The notes: generated from the sequence alone by a model not told the origin. Shown: positions 28,840 through 39,329, counted from the first letter of the stretch. The stretch: 64,000 bases of DNA from Candidatus Latescibacterota bacterium (GCA_963791045.1 CAWBQK010000011.1:288001-352000), one strand, 5' to 3'. A program made the numbers and translations.

Positions 28840-30156
28840 ATGTCGACAAACAAAGGCGGATCTTCTGGCAGTAAAAACAAAGCATTTAATTCGTTTGAGA
28901 TGGCACAAGCTCAATTTGACACTGTTGCTGAAATTTTGACTCTGGATACCGCGACGCGGCATCTGCTTCGACAGCCGCTTCGTGAATTCTCGTTCGCAAT
29001 ACCGGTGAGAATGGACGATGGGAGTGTCGAGGTGTTTCGCGGATTCCGCGTTCAGCACAATGACGCGAGGGGTCCGGGAAAAGGCGGGATCCGATTTCAC
29101 CCGCAGGAGACACTGGACACTGTTCGAGCGCTCGCCATGTGGATGACCTGGAAGTGTGCCGTGGTCGACATCCCTCTTGGTGGTGCCAAGGGAGGGGTTA
29201 TCTGCGATCCCCACAACCTCAGCGCTCGTGAACAGGAACGGCTGTGCCGCGGTTGGGTTCGGCAGATCGCCCGGAACGTTGGTCCGACGACCGATGTACC
29301 GGCACCCGACGTGATGACGTCCGCACAGCATATGCTGTGGATGCTGGATGAGTTCGAAACGATCCATGGGAGCAAGCTTCCGGGGTTTATCACTGGAAAA
29401 CCTGTTGGCATGGGCGGGTCATTGGGTCGAACGGAGGCCACCGGATTTGGCGTTGTGTTCACGATCCGTGAAGCACTCAAGGAACTCGGAATCCGGGCTT
29501 CCGACACAACAGCGAGTGTCCAAGGATTTGGCAACGTAGCGCAGTACGCGATCGAGTTGTACCTTCAGCTTGGTGGAAGGGTGTGTTGTGTATCGTCCTG
29601 GGATCAGGAAGAGCAGACGTCGTACGCCTTCAGAAAAAGCGACGGATTAGATCTCGACGAACTTCGCGGCATAACAAATCGCTTCGGTGGGATCGACAAG
29701 GAAAAAGCGCGCGACCTGGGTTACGATGTGCTTCCAGGTGATGATTGGATTTCTCAGGATGTGGATATATTGTTGCCGGCGGCGTTGGAAAATCAGATCA
29801 ACGGCGAGAGCAGTCTCCGGATCAGCAAAAAAGTCAAAATCGTGGCAGAAGGAGCCAACGGCCCCACGTCTCCCGAGGCAGATGCGGTGCTCAAGGAACG
29901 GGGGATTTACGTCATCCCCGATTTCCTTGCAAACGCCGGCGGAGTGACCTGCAGCTACTTCGAACAGGTTCAAAGCAACATGAACTATTTCTGGGAGCGG
30001 GACGACGTGCTTGGCCGACTCGACATCAAAATGACATCGGCATTCGTCGCGGTGAGTGAACTTGCCAGGAAGAAGAAGCTCTCCATGCGTGAAGCAGGGT
30101 ACGCGATCGCTATCGACCGTGTTGCCAAGGCCTGCAGAGATCGAGGATGGGTGTAG
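28840..30156 (+). CDS. Glutamate dehydrogenase (Glu/Leu/Phe/Val family), catalytic motifs intact
   Basis: RGPGKGGIRF, MTWK, GGAKGG, DVPAPD, EATGFG, QGFGNV, EGANGP, NAGGVTCSYFE. Confidence 0.93.
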   Translation: MSTNKGGSSGSKNKAFNSFEMAQAQFDTVAEILTLDTATRHLLRQPLREFSFAIPVRMDDGSVEVFRGFRVQHNDARGPGKGGIRFHPQETLDTVRALAMWMTWKCAVVDIPLGGAKGGVICDPHNLSAREQERLCRGWVRQIARNVGPTTDVPAPDVMTSAQHMLWMLDEFETIHGSKLPGFITGKPVGMGGSLGRTEATGFGVVFTIREALKELGIRASDTTASVQGFGNVAQYAIELYLQLGGRVCCVSSWDQEEQTSYAFRKSDGLDLDELRGITNRFGGIDKEKARDLGYDVLPGDDWISQDVDILLPAALENQINGESSLRISKKVKIVAEGANGPTSPEADAVLKERGIYVIPDFLANAGGVTCSYFEQVQSNMNYFWERDDVLGRLDIKMTSAFVAVSELARKKKLSMREAGYAIAIDRVAKACRDRGWV

Positions 30157-30223
30157 CGACCATCGTACGCGGCCGGGGAGCGTATTAGCCGTGTAATTTC
30201 TTCCGGAAGTGATGATAACTGCC

Positions 30224-31969
30224 ATGGCTGTTTTTGGAAAAAAAGATCTTCCTCCTTTCTCAAGGGCTTTTTGGGAGTCGGATGAACCGTTCAGCCGGAT
30301 TGGCGATGGTGAACTTGGAGGCAAGGCCCATGGTCTGGTTTTTATAAGGGACATTGTCGAAGCGGAGCTCAAGAATGGGCGGTATCGTGACATCGTTTTG
30401 AACATTCCCAAGTCCGTTGTGTTGACGACGAGTGTTTTCGACGCTTTTATGGATCGAAACGACTTGTTCGACATGGCCTTATCGGATGCGCCGGATGACA
30501 GAATTGCCCTCGCGTTTCAGGAGGGAAGCCTCCCGGTGGAAGTTGTCGGTGACTTGAGGGCGTTGGTCCAGGGAATCCACCAGCCGCTGGCCGTCAGGTC
30601 ATCGAGCTTGTTGGAAGACGCGCTCTTTCGCCCGTTTGCCGGTGTTTATGGAACCAAAATGATTCCGAATAATCAGCCTGATCCTGCGGTTCGTTTCAAA
30701 AAGCTGGTTGAGGCCATCAAATTTGTTTACGCCTCGGTGTACTCGAAATCGGCAAAAAGTTATATCGGCACAACCGACACCGATATTCAACATGAGAAAA
30801 TGGCTGTGCTCATCCAGGAAGTCGTGGGCGTACACCGGAACGAACGTTTTTATCCGCATATTTCCGGCGTGGCGAAGTCCTTTAATTTCTATCGGTCTGG
30901 GCCCGCCAAACCATCTGAAGGTGTCGTTAGCCTTGCGCTGGGGCTTGGGAAAACGATAGTCGATGGGGGACTAGCCTGGTCCTATTCTCCGGCACATCCC
31001 AAGGCTCCGCCGCCGTTTGCATCGGCAACCGACATGTTAAAGCAGACCCAAGCGAAGTTCTGGGCGGTTGGAATGGGCAAACCACCGGCGTTCGATCCAA
31101 TTAATGAGGCCGAGTATCTAACAGCGTCGGATTTGGCAACTGCGGAATACGACGACACGCTTCGGTATGTTGCGTCGACCTACGACGCCCGATCGGACCG
31201 TATAGTCCCCGGTACCGGGCCCGACGGTCCACGGGTAATCAATTTCAGCCCGATTCTCGTTCATAAGCAGCTTCCGCTCAATGAGCTTTTGAAAGAGCTC
31301 CTTCACGTTTGTGAGAATGCCGTGGGGGCCAAGGTCGAAATCGAGTTTGCCGTGACGTTACCGGACAGCCGGTCATCGACGGCGCGTTTTGGTTTTCTCC
31401 AGATCAGACCGATGGTTGTCTCGGATGAAGTCGTCGAGTTGGATGACGATGCCTTCGACTCGCCGGATATCCTCGTCGCGTCGGATCGTGTCATGGGTAA
31501 TGGGGTCGATTCGACGATTCACGATATCGTTTATGTCAAACCGGATGAGTTCGACGCGAAGTTTACACGTCAGATTGCCGGGCAGCTGGACGTCGCTAAC
31601 AAGAAACTGATTTCCGAAGCGTGTCCCTATCTTTTGATTGGATTCGGCCGATGGGGCAGCGTCGATCCGTGGCTCGGAATCCCGGTGGAATGGGGACAGA
31701 TCTTCGGCGCAAAAGTCATCGTGGAGGCGACGCTCCCGAAGATGAATGTCGACCCGAGTCAGGGAGCCCACTTTTTTCACAACCTATCGAGCTTCAAGGT
31801 CAGTTATTTTTCGATACATCACGGGCGATCTCCCGGTATTGATTGGGAGTGGCTGGAAAGCCGGCAGACCATCAGCGAAACCGAGTTTATCCGGCATGTA
31901 CGGTTGGGTTCTCCCTTGCAAGTCAGGGTGGACGGCCGAACGGGCCGGGGTGTCATTCGGCATGCGTGA
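30224..31969 (+). CDS. PPDK/PEP-synthase N-terminal (ATP-grasp) domain protein, short form 1
   Basis: GGKAHGL, PLAVRSSSLLED, FAGVY, MAVLIQEVVG, EIEFA, LQIRP; C-terminal GRWGS..PWLGIP and SQGAHFF. No PEP-binding barrel. Confidence 0.85.
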   Translation: MAVFGKKDLPPFSRAFWESDEPFSRIGDGELGGKAHGLVFIRDIVEAELKNGRYRDIVLNIPKSVVLTTSVFDAFMDRNDLFDMALSDAPDDRIALAFQEGSLPVEVVGDLRALVQGIHQPLAVRSSSLLEDALFRPFAGVYGTKMIPNNQPDPAVRFKKLVEAIKFVYASVYSKSAKSYIGTTDTDIQHEKMAVLIQEVVGVHRNERFYPHISGVAKSFNFYRSGPAKPSEGVVSLALGLGKTIVDGGLAWSYSPAHPKAPPPFASATDMLKQTQAKFWAVGMGKPPAFDPINEAEYLTASDLATAEYDDTLRYVASTYDARSDRIVPGTGPDGPRVINFSPILVHKQLPLNELLKELLHVCENAVGAKVEIEFAVTLPDSRSSTARFGFLQIRPMVVSDEVVELDDDAFDSPDILVASDRVMGNGVDSTIHDIVYVKPDEFDAKFTRQIAGQLDVANKKLISEACPYLLIGFGRWGSVDPWLGIPVEWGQIFGAKVIVEATLPKMNVDPSQGAHFFHNLSSFKVSYFSIHHGRSPGIDWEWLESRQTISETEFIRHVRLGSPLQVRVDGRTGRGVIRHA

Positions 31970-32007
31970 CCGGTCTGCACTTAAATGCAACGCCAAAGGC
32001 GGAGGGC

Positions 32008-35000
32008 ATGGCCAAACAAGAAAAATCACGTAAACATATTCTGGCGGCGCTTCGGGAGCGTGCCAAGGAACTCAACTGTCTCTACGCGGTCGATGAGATA
32101 CTCAGTGAGCCGGATCAGGATATAGAAAATGTTATTCGTGCGATAGCGGAGGCACTCCCTGCGGGATGGCAGTACCCGGAGATTTGCCGTACCCGGGTGG
32201 CGCTGCTCGACAGGGTTTATCAAACAGAAGATTTTGTGGAAACCGAGTGGAGACAATCGGCCGGAATTACAGCTCAAGGTGACGGCGTTGGCAAGGTCGA
32301 AGTTTTCTATACGGATGAAAAGCCTAAGCTCGACGAAGGTCCTTTCTTGAAGGAAGAACGACGGCTCGTCGATGCCGTGGCGGAGCGAATCGGACTCTTT
32401 GTTGTACAAAAGCGGCTGCGATCGGCCCATAAGAGCTGGGAAGACGCCGTCGAACAGATTTCAGACAAGTCGCACAACGACTGGATCGTCATTCTGGATT
32501 TTCTCCGGCGGACCGATCAAAAACTTCTCATCCGCGTCACTCGAAAAATGATCAACCACCTTTGCTGGACTGGTGTGGATGATGCGGAGGATCTGCTTCA
32601 AGAGTTTCTGTCGGAAGGTGAAGAAAGCCGGCCAACCGATGAGAACAAGCCTCTTCAGCGGTCGCGCCTCCGGAACCTTTCTGAATTGACCGACAAAACA
32701 TTCAAAATTGCAACCGGTCATTACAGCGATGGTGAAATCCTTGCGTTTCTCCAGAAGTGGATTGAGGAGGACAAGACATCCGTGCTTATCGATACGCTCG
32801 AGAATGCGGACAGTGATCTGGCACAGATATCGGACGCCGTCGCAAAATTCGAGACCACCGGTGTCAAAGAGCCCGAACTTTCCGTCGCGGTTCAGAAAAC
32901 ACTCCGCGTGTCGCTTCTTCAGAGGCTCTTTACCGACCACATGGCATTTATCGACGTCGCAAAAAACTTCGTCGAGGTTCAGGATTTTTATGAAATTCTA
33001 CGGCACGTGATATATCCGTCCCAAAGTCACGGAAAACTCGGTGGAAAGACCGCCGGCATGTTTCTCGCCTCACAGGTTGTAAAAAAGTCGACTGAGCACT
33101 CCGAACTCTTTGCAAACCTCAAAACGCCCAAATCGTGGTTCCTCAGCTCGGACTGTCTTCGACTGTTTATGCATTTCAATAACCTCGAGGATGTTTACGA
33201 CCGTAAGTACATTGAAATTGAACGTATCCGCCAGGGCTATCAACATATCGTTCAGGTGTTCAAGAACTCACTGTTTCCACCAGAAATTGTCAAAGGTCTT
33301 GCGTCGGCACTCGATGATTTCGAAGACCGCCCACTGATCGTCAGGAGTTCAAGCCTTCTTGAGGACCGTACGGGTTCGGCGTTCTCAGGAAAATACAAGA
33401 GTCTTTTCCTTGCCAATCAGGGTACTAAAAAAGCTCGTCTTGAGGCACTTCAGGATGCAATAGCCGAAGTTTACGCATCGGTTTTCGGGCCGGACCCGAT
33501 CGAGTACAGGGCCGAAATGGGATTGCTCGATGTTCATGAAGAGATGGGGATTTTGATCCAGGAGGTTGTTGGGTCCAGAGTGGGGAAATATTTTTTCCCC
33601 GCATTTGCCGGTGTCGCATACAACAACAATGAGTTTCGCTGGTCGGCACGAATCAAGCGTGAGGACGGTCTCGTCAGGATGGTGCCCGGTCTGGGGTCCC
33701 GCGCCGTTGACCGGTTAAGCGACGATTACCCCGTGCTCTTGGCTCCGGGGCAACCGGGGTTGCGGGTCAATGTCACATCAGACGAGGTAATCCGGTACTC
33801 ACCAAATAAGATGGACGTGATCAATCTCGAGGCAAACGCGTTCGAGACGGTGGAAGTCGAAAAGCTGGTCGCAGAATGCGGTGACGATTACCCGATGGCG
33901 AAGCAGATCGTTTCCATAATAGAAGGCGATAGGGTTCGGCGGCCGGTGGGGCTCGAACCGGAGTGGGGCAAAGACGACATTGCGGTGACATTTCAGGGTC
34001 TCTTTGCCGACACAAATTTTGTGTTACAGATCCGTACGCTGATGGATCTGCTTTTGGAAAAATTCAACGCTCCGGTTGATATAGAATTCGCTCACGACGG
34101 CAAGGATTTCTATCTACTTCAGTGTCGTGCGCAGAGCCATACAGAAAAGTACGGCCCGGCTTCGATTCCCCGTAATTTGCCCGAGGATAAAGTCGTTTTT
34201 TCAGCCAACCGCTACATTTCGAACGGATACGTACCGGACATTTCGCACATCGTCTACGTCGATCCCGAGAGCTACTGCGACATCGATGATTTTCAGGTGC
34301 TCAAGGAGATCGGACGGGTGGTTGGAAAGCTCAATAAATTGTTGCCAAAACGCCAGTTTATCTTGCTGGGGCCGGGACGATGGGGCAGCCGGGGGGATAT
34401 CAAGCTTGGTGTGGATGTGACTTACTCAGACATCAATAACACGGCCGTTCTGCTCGAGATCGCGAGGCAGAAGGGCAAGTACCTTCCGGAGCTTTCTTTT
34501 GGAACCCATTTTTTTCAAGATCTCGTCGAAGCGGATATCCGATACATCCCGTTGTATCCCGATGAGCCAGATGTAGTTTTCAACGAACCGTTCCTTAAAC
34601 GGTCAAGAAACATCCTTCCCGATATTGCTCCGGAGTTCTCTCATCTTGCCGATACCGTCCGGGTCATCGATGTTCCCCAACAGACCAACGGTCAGGTTCT
34701 CCGCGTGTTGTTGAATGCTGATCTCGACGAAGCCGTGGGGATTCTTGATCTGCCGGATAAGGGGGACAAAATCGAATTTTTCGAGACTTTCAGAGTCGAT
34801 GCAACACCCGAGGAACACTGGCGATGGCGCTGCCGGATGGCTGAAAAGATTGCTGCAAACCTCGATCCCGAACGTTTCGCCGTAAAAGCCTTTTATGTAT
34901 TTGGAAGCACAAAAAATGCGACCGCCGGCCCAGGGAGCGATCTCGATATCATAATCCATTTGGACGCGAATAGCCGTCAGAGGGCGGACCTATCTTTGTG

Positions 35001-35202
35001 GCTTGATGGGTGGAGTCGTTCGCTCGCTGAAGTCAACCATCTCCGAACTGGTTACGAGATGGAAGGACTTCTCGATATTCACTATGTAACGGACGAAGAT
35101 ATTAAGAATAAATCGAGTTTTGCGGCAAAAATAGACGCCGTCACGGATGCCGCGCGTCCGCTCGTCCTGGGAAGTCGTTCGCGGAAGGACCAATGCAGGT
35201 GA
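32008..35202 (+). CDS. Sensor domain + PPDK-like ATP-grasp + nucleotidyltransferase protein, long form 1
   Basis: N-terminal ERAKELNCLY..GWQYPEIC..GPFL.EE; GKLGGK, VRSSSLLED, SFGTHFF; C-terminal FGST..GPGSDLD (Pol-beta/MNT fold). ATG follows a GGAGG RBS. Confidence 0.85.
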   Translation: MAKQEKSRKHILAALRERAKELNCLYAVDEILSEPDQDIENVIRAIAEALPAGWQYPEICRTRVALLDRVYQTEDFVETEWRQSAGITAQGDGVGKVEVFYTDEKPKLDEGPFLKEERRLVDAVAERIGLFVVQKRLRSAHKSWEDAVEQISDKSHNDWIVILDFLRRTDQKLLIRVTRKMINHLCWTGVDDAEDLLQEFLSEGEESRPTDENKPLQRSRLRNLSELTDKTFKIATGHYSDGEILAFLQKWIEEDKTSVLIDTLENADSDLAQISDAVAKFETTGVKEPELSVAVQKTLRVSLLQRLFTDHMAFIDVAKNFVEVQDFYEILRHVIYPSQSHGKLGGKTAGMFLASQVVKKSTEHSELFANLKTPKSWFLSSDCLRLFMHFNNLEDVYDRKYIEIERIRQGYQHIVQVFKNSLFPPEIVKGLASALDDFEDRPLIVRSSSLLEDRTGSAFSGKYKSLFLANQGTKKARLEALQDAIAEVYASVFGPDPIEYRAEMGLLDVHEEMGILIQEVVGSRVGKYFFPAFAGVAYNNNEFRWSARIKREDGLVRMVPGLGSRAVDRLSDDYPVLLAPGQPGLRVNVTSDEVIRYSPNKMDVINLEANAFETVEVEKLVAECGDDYPMAKQIVSIIEGDRVRRPVGLEPEWGKDDIAVTFQGLFADTNFVLQIRTLMDLLLEKFNAPVDIEFAHDGKDFYLLQCRAQSHTEKYGPASIPRNLPEDKVVFSANRYISNGYVPDISHIVYVDPESYCDIDDFQVLKEIGRVVGKLNKLLPKRQFILLGPGRWGSRGDIKLGVDVTYSDINNTAVLLEIARQKGKYLPELSFGTHFFQDLVEADIRYIPLYPDEPDVVFNEPFLKRSRNILPDIAPEFSHLADTVRVIDVPQQTNGQVLRVLLNADLDEAVGILDLPDKGDKIEFFETFRVDATPEEHWRWRCRMAEKIAANLDPERFAVKAFYVFGSTKNATAGPGSDLDIIIHLDANSRQRADLSLWLDGWSRSLAEVNHLRTGYEMEGLLDIHYVTDEDIKNKSSFAAKIDAVTDAARPLVLGSRSRKDQCR

Positions 35203-35233
35203 GGCTCACCGGTTGATGTCCTCTCAACGTGTA

Positions 35234-36094
35234 TTACAATATTTCCCGTGTTGCTTTATCCAATTCTCCAGGGTCGAAACTCACAAGCGATAGCTCGGGG
35301 CCATCGTGGGCGGCCGTGAACATGTGGGTTCGGCCGATAGTGTCTCTCCACGACCCCGTTATCCGTGCTGACTCGTGTATGTGTCCGTGAAGGGTGAGTA
35401 GTGGCCGGCGGGCTTCTATAAAACGCCGTACGGCGATGCTCCCGACATGAAGGTCGAAAGGAACGCTGTCGATCATTTTGCCGTCGAGTCCCACACGATC
35501 AAGCGCCGTCTCGTGCGGCGGTGTGTGGAAGAGCATTATCGCATTGACCAACGGTGAATCGCCGGCGAGTTCCTTGAGGTCTTTTTGGATGGTGGCGTGT
35601 CTGATGATATGGGCGGGCAGGCCGTCCGAGCGACTGCCTTCTTCGGGTGACACGGATCCGGGGGGGGTGTAGCGCGACACGTCATATCTCTCCCAGTCCT
35701 TGATCATGAACGGTGTGGGCGGAACATACGCGTAACCAAACACCTGGAAACTCCCGAAAGAGATGCGCTTTCCATGCGCATAACGCCACAATCCCTCCTC
35801 TTCGAGTCTTCGACAGGTGTCCTCTTCGGTTTTCCCGTCATCGTTGCCGAGAATGACAAACACGTCGGGGTATAGATCGCCCATTTTGGCGCGGGCGTCA
35901 CGAAGTCGCGTTGCGAGGTACCCGCCGACAAAGTCGTCCAACTCCGGATCTCCTGTGGGGTTCGAGGCGAAAGCGTGGGGCAATATATCCCCTCCGATGA
36001 ACACACCATTGGGTTCGCGGTTGACGATGGCGTCGAATAACTTGTCGAAACGGTCCACTCGTCCATGAAGATCCGAAACAAACAGGCATTTCAT
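35234..36094 (-). CDS. Calcineurin-like metallophosphoesterase
   Basis: SDLHG, GGDI, LGNDD, FHTPP, HGHIHE. Confidence 0.88.
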   Translation of the reverse strand: MKCLFVSDLHGRVDRFDKLFDAIVNREPNGVFIGGDILPHAFASNPTGDPELDDFVGGYLATRLRDARAKMGDLYPDVFVILGNDDGKTEEDTCRRLEEEGLWRYAHGKRISFGSFQVFGYAYVPPTPFMIKDWERYDVSRYTPPGSVSPEEGSRSDGLPAHIIRHATIQKDLKELAGDSPLVNAIMLFHTPPHETALDRVGLDGKMIDSVPFDLHVGSIAVRRFIEARRPLLTLHGHIHESARITGSWRDTIGRTHMFTAAHDGPELSLVSFDPGELDKATREIL

Positions 36095-36327
36095 TGATTG
36101 TGTCCTCGGCAGATCGGTTTGAGATCATTGGCCCCATCGGAGCGCTCTGATGATAGCTCTTTCAGCGGCGGCGCTCAACGCCCTTGAGAAAGTGTTGGAT
36201 CTAGGGGGGCCGTGCCGGGTTCGTCCCCAAGGGGCCTTTTCATTATGAAATAGTTACCGAGCGTGTCCGTCGGACGATCACGCCGTAACCATCTGGGGAA
36301 TAGTCCGTTATCCTGTTGTCTGGCCGG

Positions 36328-36342
36328 TGGCACGGCTGTTGC
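36328..36342 (+). promoter_or_regulatory. Sigma54 promoter of the acyl-CoA ligase/GNAT gene
   Basis: Consensus TGGCACG-GCTG-TTGC, with a UAS-like TTTTCATTATGAAAT at 36237-36251. Confidence 0.85.
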
Positions 36343-36464
36343 GATGTCCCCTGTAAACCAGAGCCAAAACTTTTTGCGGCCCGTCCGTGCGAGTGCCGGG
36401 GCAGAGGTGTTGAAGAGTGGCTGGGAATGTCGGGCGGGCCGCAATTGCCTAAATGGAGGAAGTT

Positions 36465-39143
36465 ATGGGACCACATTATCTAGAAAAAATATTTGCCCCC
36501 GAATCCGTCGCCGTTATCGGCGCTACGACAAGAAAAGACTCCGTGGGGGACAGGGTTTTTCAGAACATGATTGATGCCGGGTATTCTGGCGAACTCTACG
36601 CCGTCAACCCGAGGTACAAAGAGGTCCATGGAAAGAAATGTTACCCGTCCATCGAGGCGATCGGCAAACCGATCGAACTCGCCGTCATTGTGCTTCCTGC
36701 CAAGGTTGTGCCCGATGTAATCCGCCAGTGCGGGGAAAACGGTGTGCGCGGTGTTGTGGTGATTTCAGCGGGATTCCGTGAGGTGGGTCGCGAGGGCGCG
36801 CGCCTCGAGGAGCAGATGATCGAGCAGGCGCGGCGTTTTGGGATCCGTATCATTGGGCCGAACTGTCTTGGAATCATGAGACCGTCGGTGGGCCTGAACG
36901 CCACGTTTAGTCTAAACGCTGCGCTTCCAGGCGAGCTTGCGCTAGTGTCGCAGTCCGGGGCGTTGTGCACATCGATTCTCGACTGGGCGCTCCACAACAA
37001 AGTTGGGTTCTCGACAATGATTTCGATGGGGGCGTCGGCCGACGTTGACTTTGGCGAGGCCCTTGACTACCTGGCCGCCGATGCGAAAACAAAGAGCATC
37101 CTCGTCTACATCGAGGGCATTCGAATGGCGCGGCGTTTCATGAGCGGGCTCCGCGTGGCCGCGAGAATGAAGCCGGTTGTGGTTGTCAAGGCGGGTCGCT
37201 ACGCCGCCGGTTCGCGTGCGGCGATGTCGCACACGGGCTCGATCGTTGGTTCGGACGATGTGTTCGATGCGGCGCTCAGGCGCGCCGGTGTCGTCCGGGT
37301 GATAACGATCGGTGAGCTTTTCGCCTCCGCGGAAATTCTGTCGAGTGGAAGCCGGGTGAACGGCAACAGGCTGGCCGTTGTTACCAACGCCGGCGGACCC
37401 GGGGTCATCGTGGCCGATTGTGCGGTCGAACGAAACGTGTCGATTCAGGATTTTGATGAAAAAACAATGGGACAGTTGGACAAGATTCTTCCGCCGCAAT
37501 GGTCGCATGGCAATCCCGTGGATATTCTCGGAGACGCACCGCCCGAAAAATACGGAGAAGCAGTCGCGATATGTCATAAAAACAAAGACATCGACGGCGT
37601 GGCGGTGATGCTGACTCCCCAGGCGATGACACGGCCCACCGAAGCGGCCCAGCGGGTTATTGAAGCGGCCAAAAAGACCAAGAAACCGACGCTCGCTTGT
37701 TGGATGGGCGAGGATCAGGTGGAAGAGGCCCGTCGTCTGTTTACCGAAAACAGAATTCCAACATTCCGGACGCCCGAGTCGGCGGTGGCCGCATTCTCGT
37801 ACCTCGCCAGGTACAACCGGAGCCAACAGCTTCTCCTACAGGTTCCCGGTCCGCTCTCCGAACGGCACGACCCCGATGTTGACGGCGCAAAACTGGTTAT
37901 CGAAGGCGCCATAGGGGAAGGCCACAAGGTGCTTTCAACGACCGAGTCCAAGGCGCTTCTTACCGCGTTCGGAATTCCCACGATGCAAAGTGTTGAAGCC
38001 AGGTCGGCCAACGAGGCGCTGGTCGCCGCGCAGTCGCTGGGTTTTCCCGTGGCTATGAAGATCGCTTCTCATGATATCACCCACAAATCCGATGTGGGCG
38101 GCGTACGTCTCAACATAAACAGTGCCGCCACCGTGAGATCGGTCTACAACGATCTTATTTTTGCGGCAAAAAAAGCGATGCCCAAGGCGGATATCCGGGG
38201 TGTCACCATCGAGAAAATGTGCCGGAAACCCCACGGCCGCGAGCTCATGGTGGGTGTGGTCAGGGATTCAGTGTTCGGACCGACGATCAGTTTCGGGGCG
38301 GGTGGGACCACCGTGGAGATTATGAAGGATCGCGCCGTGGCGTTGCCTCCGCTCAATCAGTATCTCGTCCAGGACATGATCAAACAGACAAAGATCTCCA
38401 AGCTTCTCGACTCATTCCGCAACCTTCCCGAAGTCGACAAGGGCGCTATCGAGACGGTTCTGCTCAGAGTCTCGGAGATGGTGTGCGAGCTTCCGCAGAT
38501 CCAGGAACTCGACATCAACCCGCTTATCGTCGATGAAAACGGGGCGATGGCCGTCGACGCCCGCGTGGTGGTTGAGCACCAATCCCCGACGATGGGGCGG
38601 TACGACCATATGGCGATACACCCGTACCCGTCTCATCTCGAAAGCAATATGCAACTCCCCGACGGGAGAAACATAGTGATTCGACCCATCCGCCCGGAGG
38701 ATGCCGAGATCGAGGACACATTCGTCAGAAATCTGTCGCCGGAGTCAAAGTACTTCCGCTTCATGCATACGCTTCAGGAGCTCACCCCCAAGATGCTCGT
38801 GCGTTTTACCCAGATCGATTACGATCGCGAGATGGCGTTCATCGCGACGACCGATGTTGACGGGCGGGAAGCGGAAATCGCCGTCGGCCGTTATGTGACC
38901 AATCCCGACGGGGCCACGTGCGAGCCCGCGCTGGTCGTGGGCGATGAGTGGCGCCGGATGGGGATCGGGACAAAAATCATGGCGAGCCTTATGGACGTCG
39001 CCAGGAACAGGGGACTCACACTGATGGAAGGTGAGGTTCTCTCGGATAACTCGACAATGGTTTCGCTTGCGCGGAAGATGGGGTTCATCGTCCAAAGCTG
39101 TGATACCGATTCGAACTGCAGCTTCATGTCGAAACGGTTGTAG
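36465..39143 (+). CDS. Bifunctional NDP-forming acyl-CoA ligase / GNAT acetyltransferase (Pat/YfiQ-like)
   Basis: VAVIGA, GPNCLG, SQSGA, SHTG, NPVD, HKSDVGGV, DINPL; C-terminal GNAT (QIDYDREMA, RRMGIGT). Confidence 0.92.
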   Translation: MGPHYLEKIFAPESVAVIGATTRKDSVGDRVFQNMIDAGYSGELYAVNPRYKEVHGKKCYPSIEAIGKPIELAVIVLPAKVVPDVIRQCGENGVRGVVVISAGFREVGREGARLEEQMIEQARRFGIRIIGPNCLGIMRPSVGLNATFSLNAALPGELALVSQSGALCTSILDWALHNKVGFSTMISMGASADVDFGEALDYLAADAKTKSILVYIEGIRMARRFMSGLRVAARMKPVVVVKAGRYAAGSRAAMSHTGSIVGSDDVFDAALRRAGVVRVITIGELFASAEILSSGSRVNGNRLAVVTNAGGPGVIVADCAVERNVSIQDFDEKTMGQLDKILPPQWSHGNPVDILGDAPPEKYGEAVAICHKNKDIDGVAVMLTPQAMTRPTEAAQRVIEAAKKTKKPTLACWMGEDQVEEARRLFTENRIPTFRTPESAVAAFSYLARYNRSQQLLLQVPGPLSERHDPDVDGAKLVIEGAIGEGHKVLSTTESKALLTAFGIPTMQSVEARSANEALVAAQSLGFPVAMKIASHDITHKSDVGGVRLNINSAATVRSVYNDLIFAAKKAMPKADIRGVTIEKMCRKPHGRELMVGVVRDSVFGPTISFGAGGTTVEIMKDRAVALPPLNQYLVQDMIKQTKISKLLDSFRNLPEVDKGAIETVLLRVSEMVCELPQIQELDINPLIVDENGAMAVDARVVVEHQSPTMGRYDHMAIHPYPSHLESNMQLPDGRNIVIRPIRPEDAEIEDTFVRNLSPESKYFRFMHTLQELTPKMLVRFTQIDYDREMAFIATTDVDGREAEIAVGRYVTNPDGATCEPALVVGDEWRRMGIGTKIMASLMDVARNRGLTLMEGEVLSDNSTMVSLARKMGFIVQSCDTDSNCSFMSKRL

Positions 39144-39195
39144 CGCGGTTTGGCGGCGATCTGGCCGCGGTTGGATGGATCCTCAAACACGACCG

Positions 39196-39248
39196 GACAC
39201 GGGTGGGATGTTCTCCTGGATGACGGAGGCTCTCGCCCGTGTCTTTTT
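39196..39248 (+). terminator. Probable intrinsic terminator
   Basis: GACACGGGTGGGA / TCTCGCCCGTGTC stem (13 bp including two G-U pairs), an inner CTCC/GGAG stem, then TTTTT. Confidence 0.5.
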
Positions 39249-39329
39249 GTGCTCTTCGGTCAAACCAAAATGAATTGAACGCCTTCTGCGAGTCAACTAT
39301 ATTCTCATGAACAACAATGGAGGAAGCGA

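Noticed and set aside
31843-32007. Long N-terminal extensions in the ORF track (also at 6745, 28804, 2934, 61076)
   Set aside because: They overlap neighbouring genes or promoters; downstream ATGs with an RBS or family-typical starts fit better.
34860-35202. MNT-HEPN toxin-antitoxin or CBASS-type defence system
   Set aside because: The NTase is fused into a metabolic-context protein, and no HEPN, CD-NTase or effector gene is nearby.
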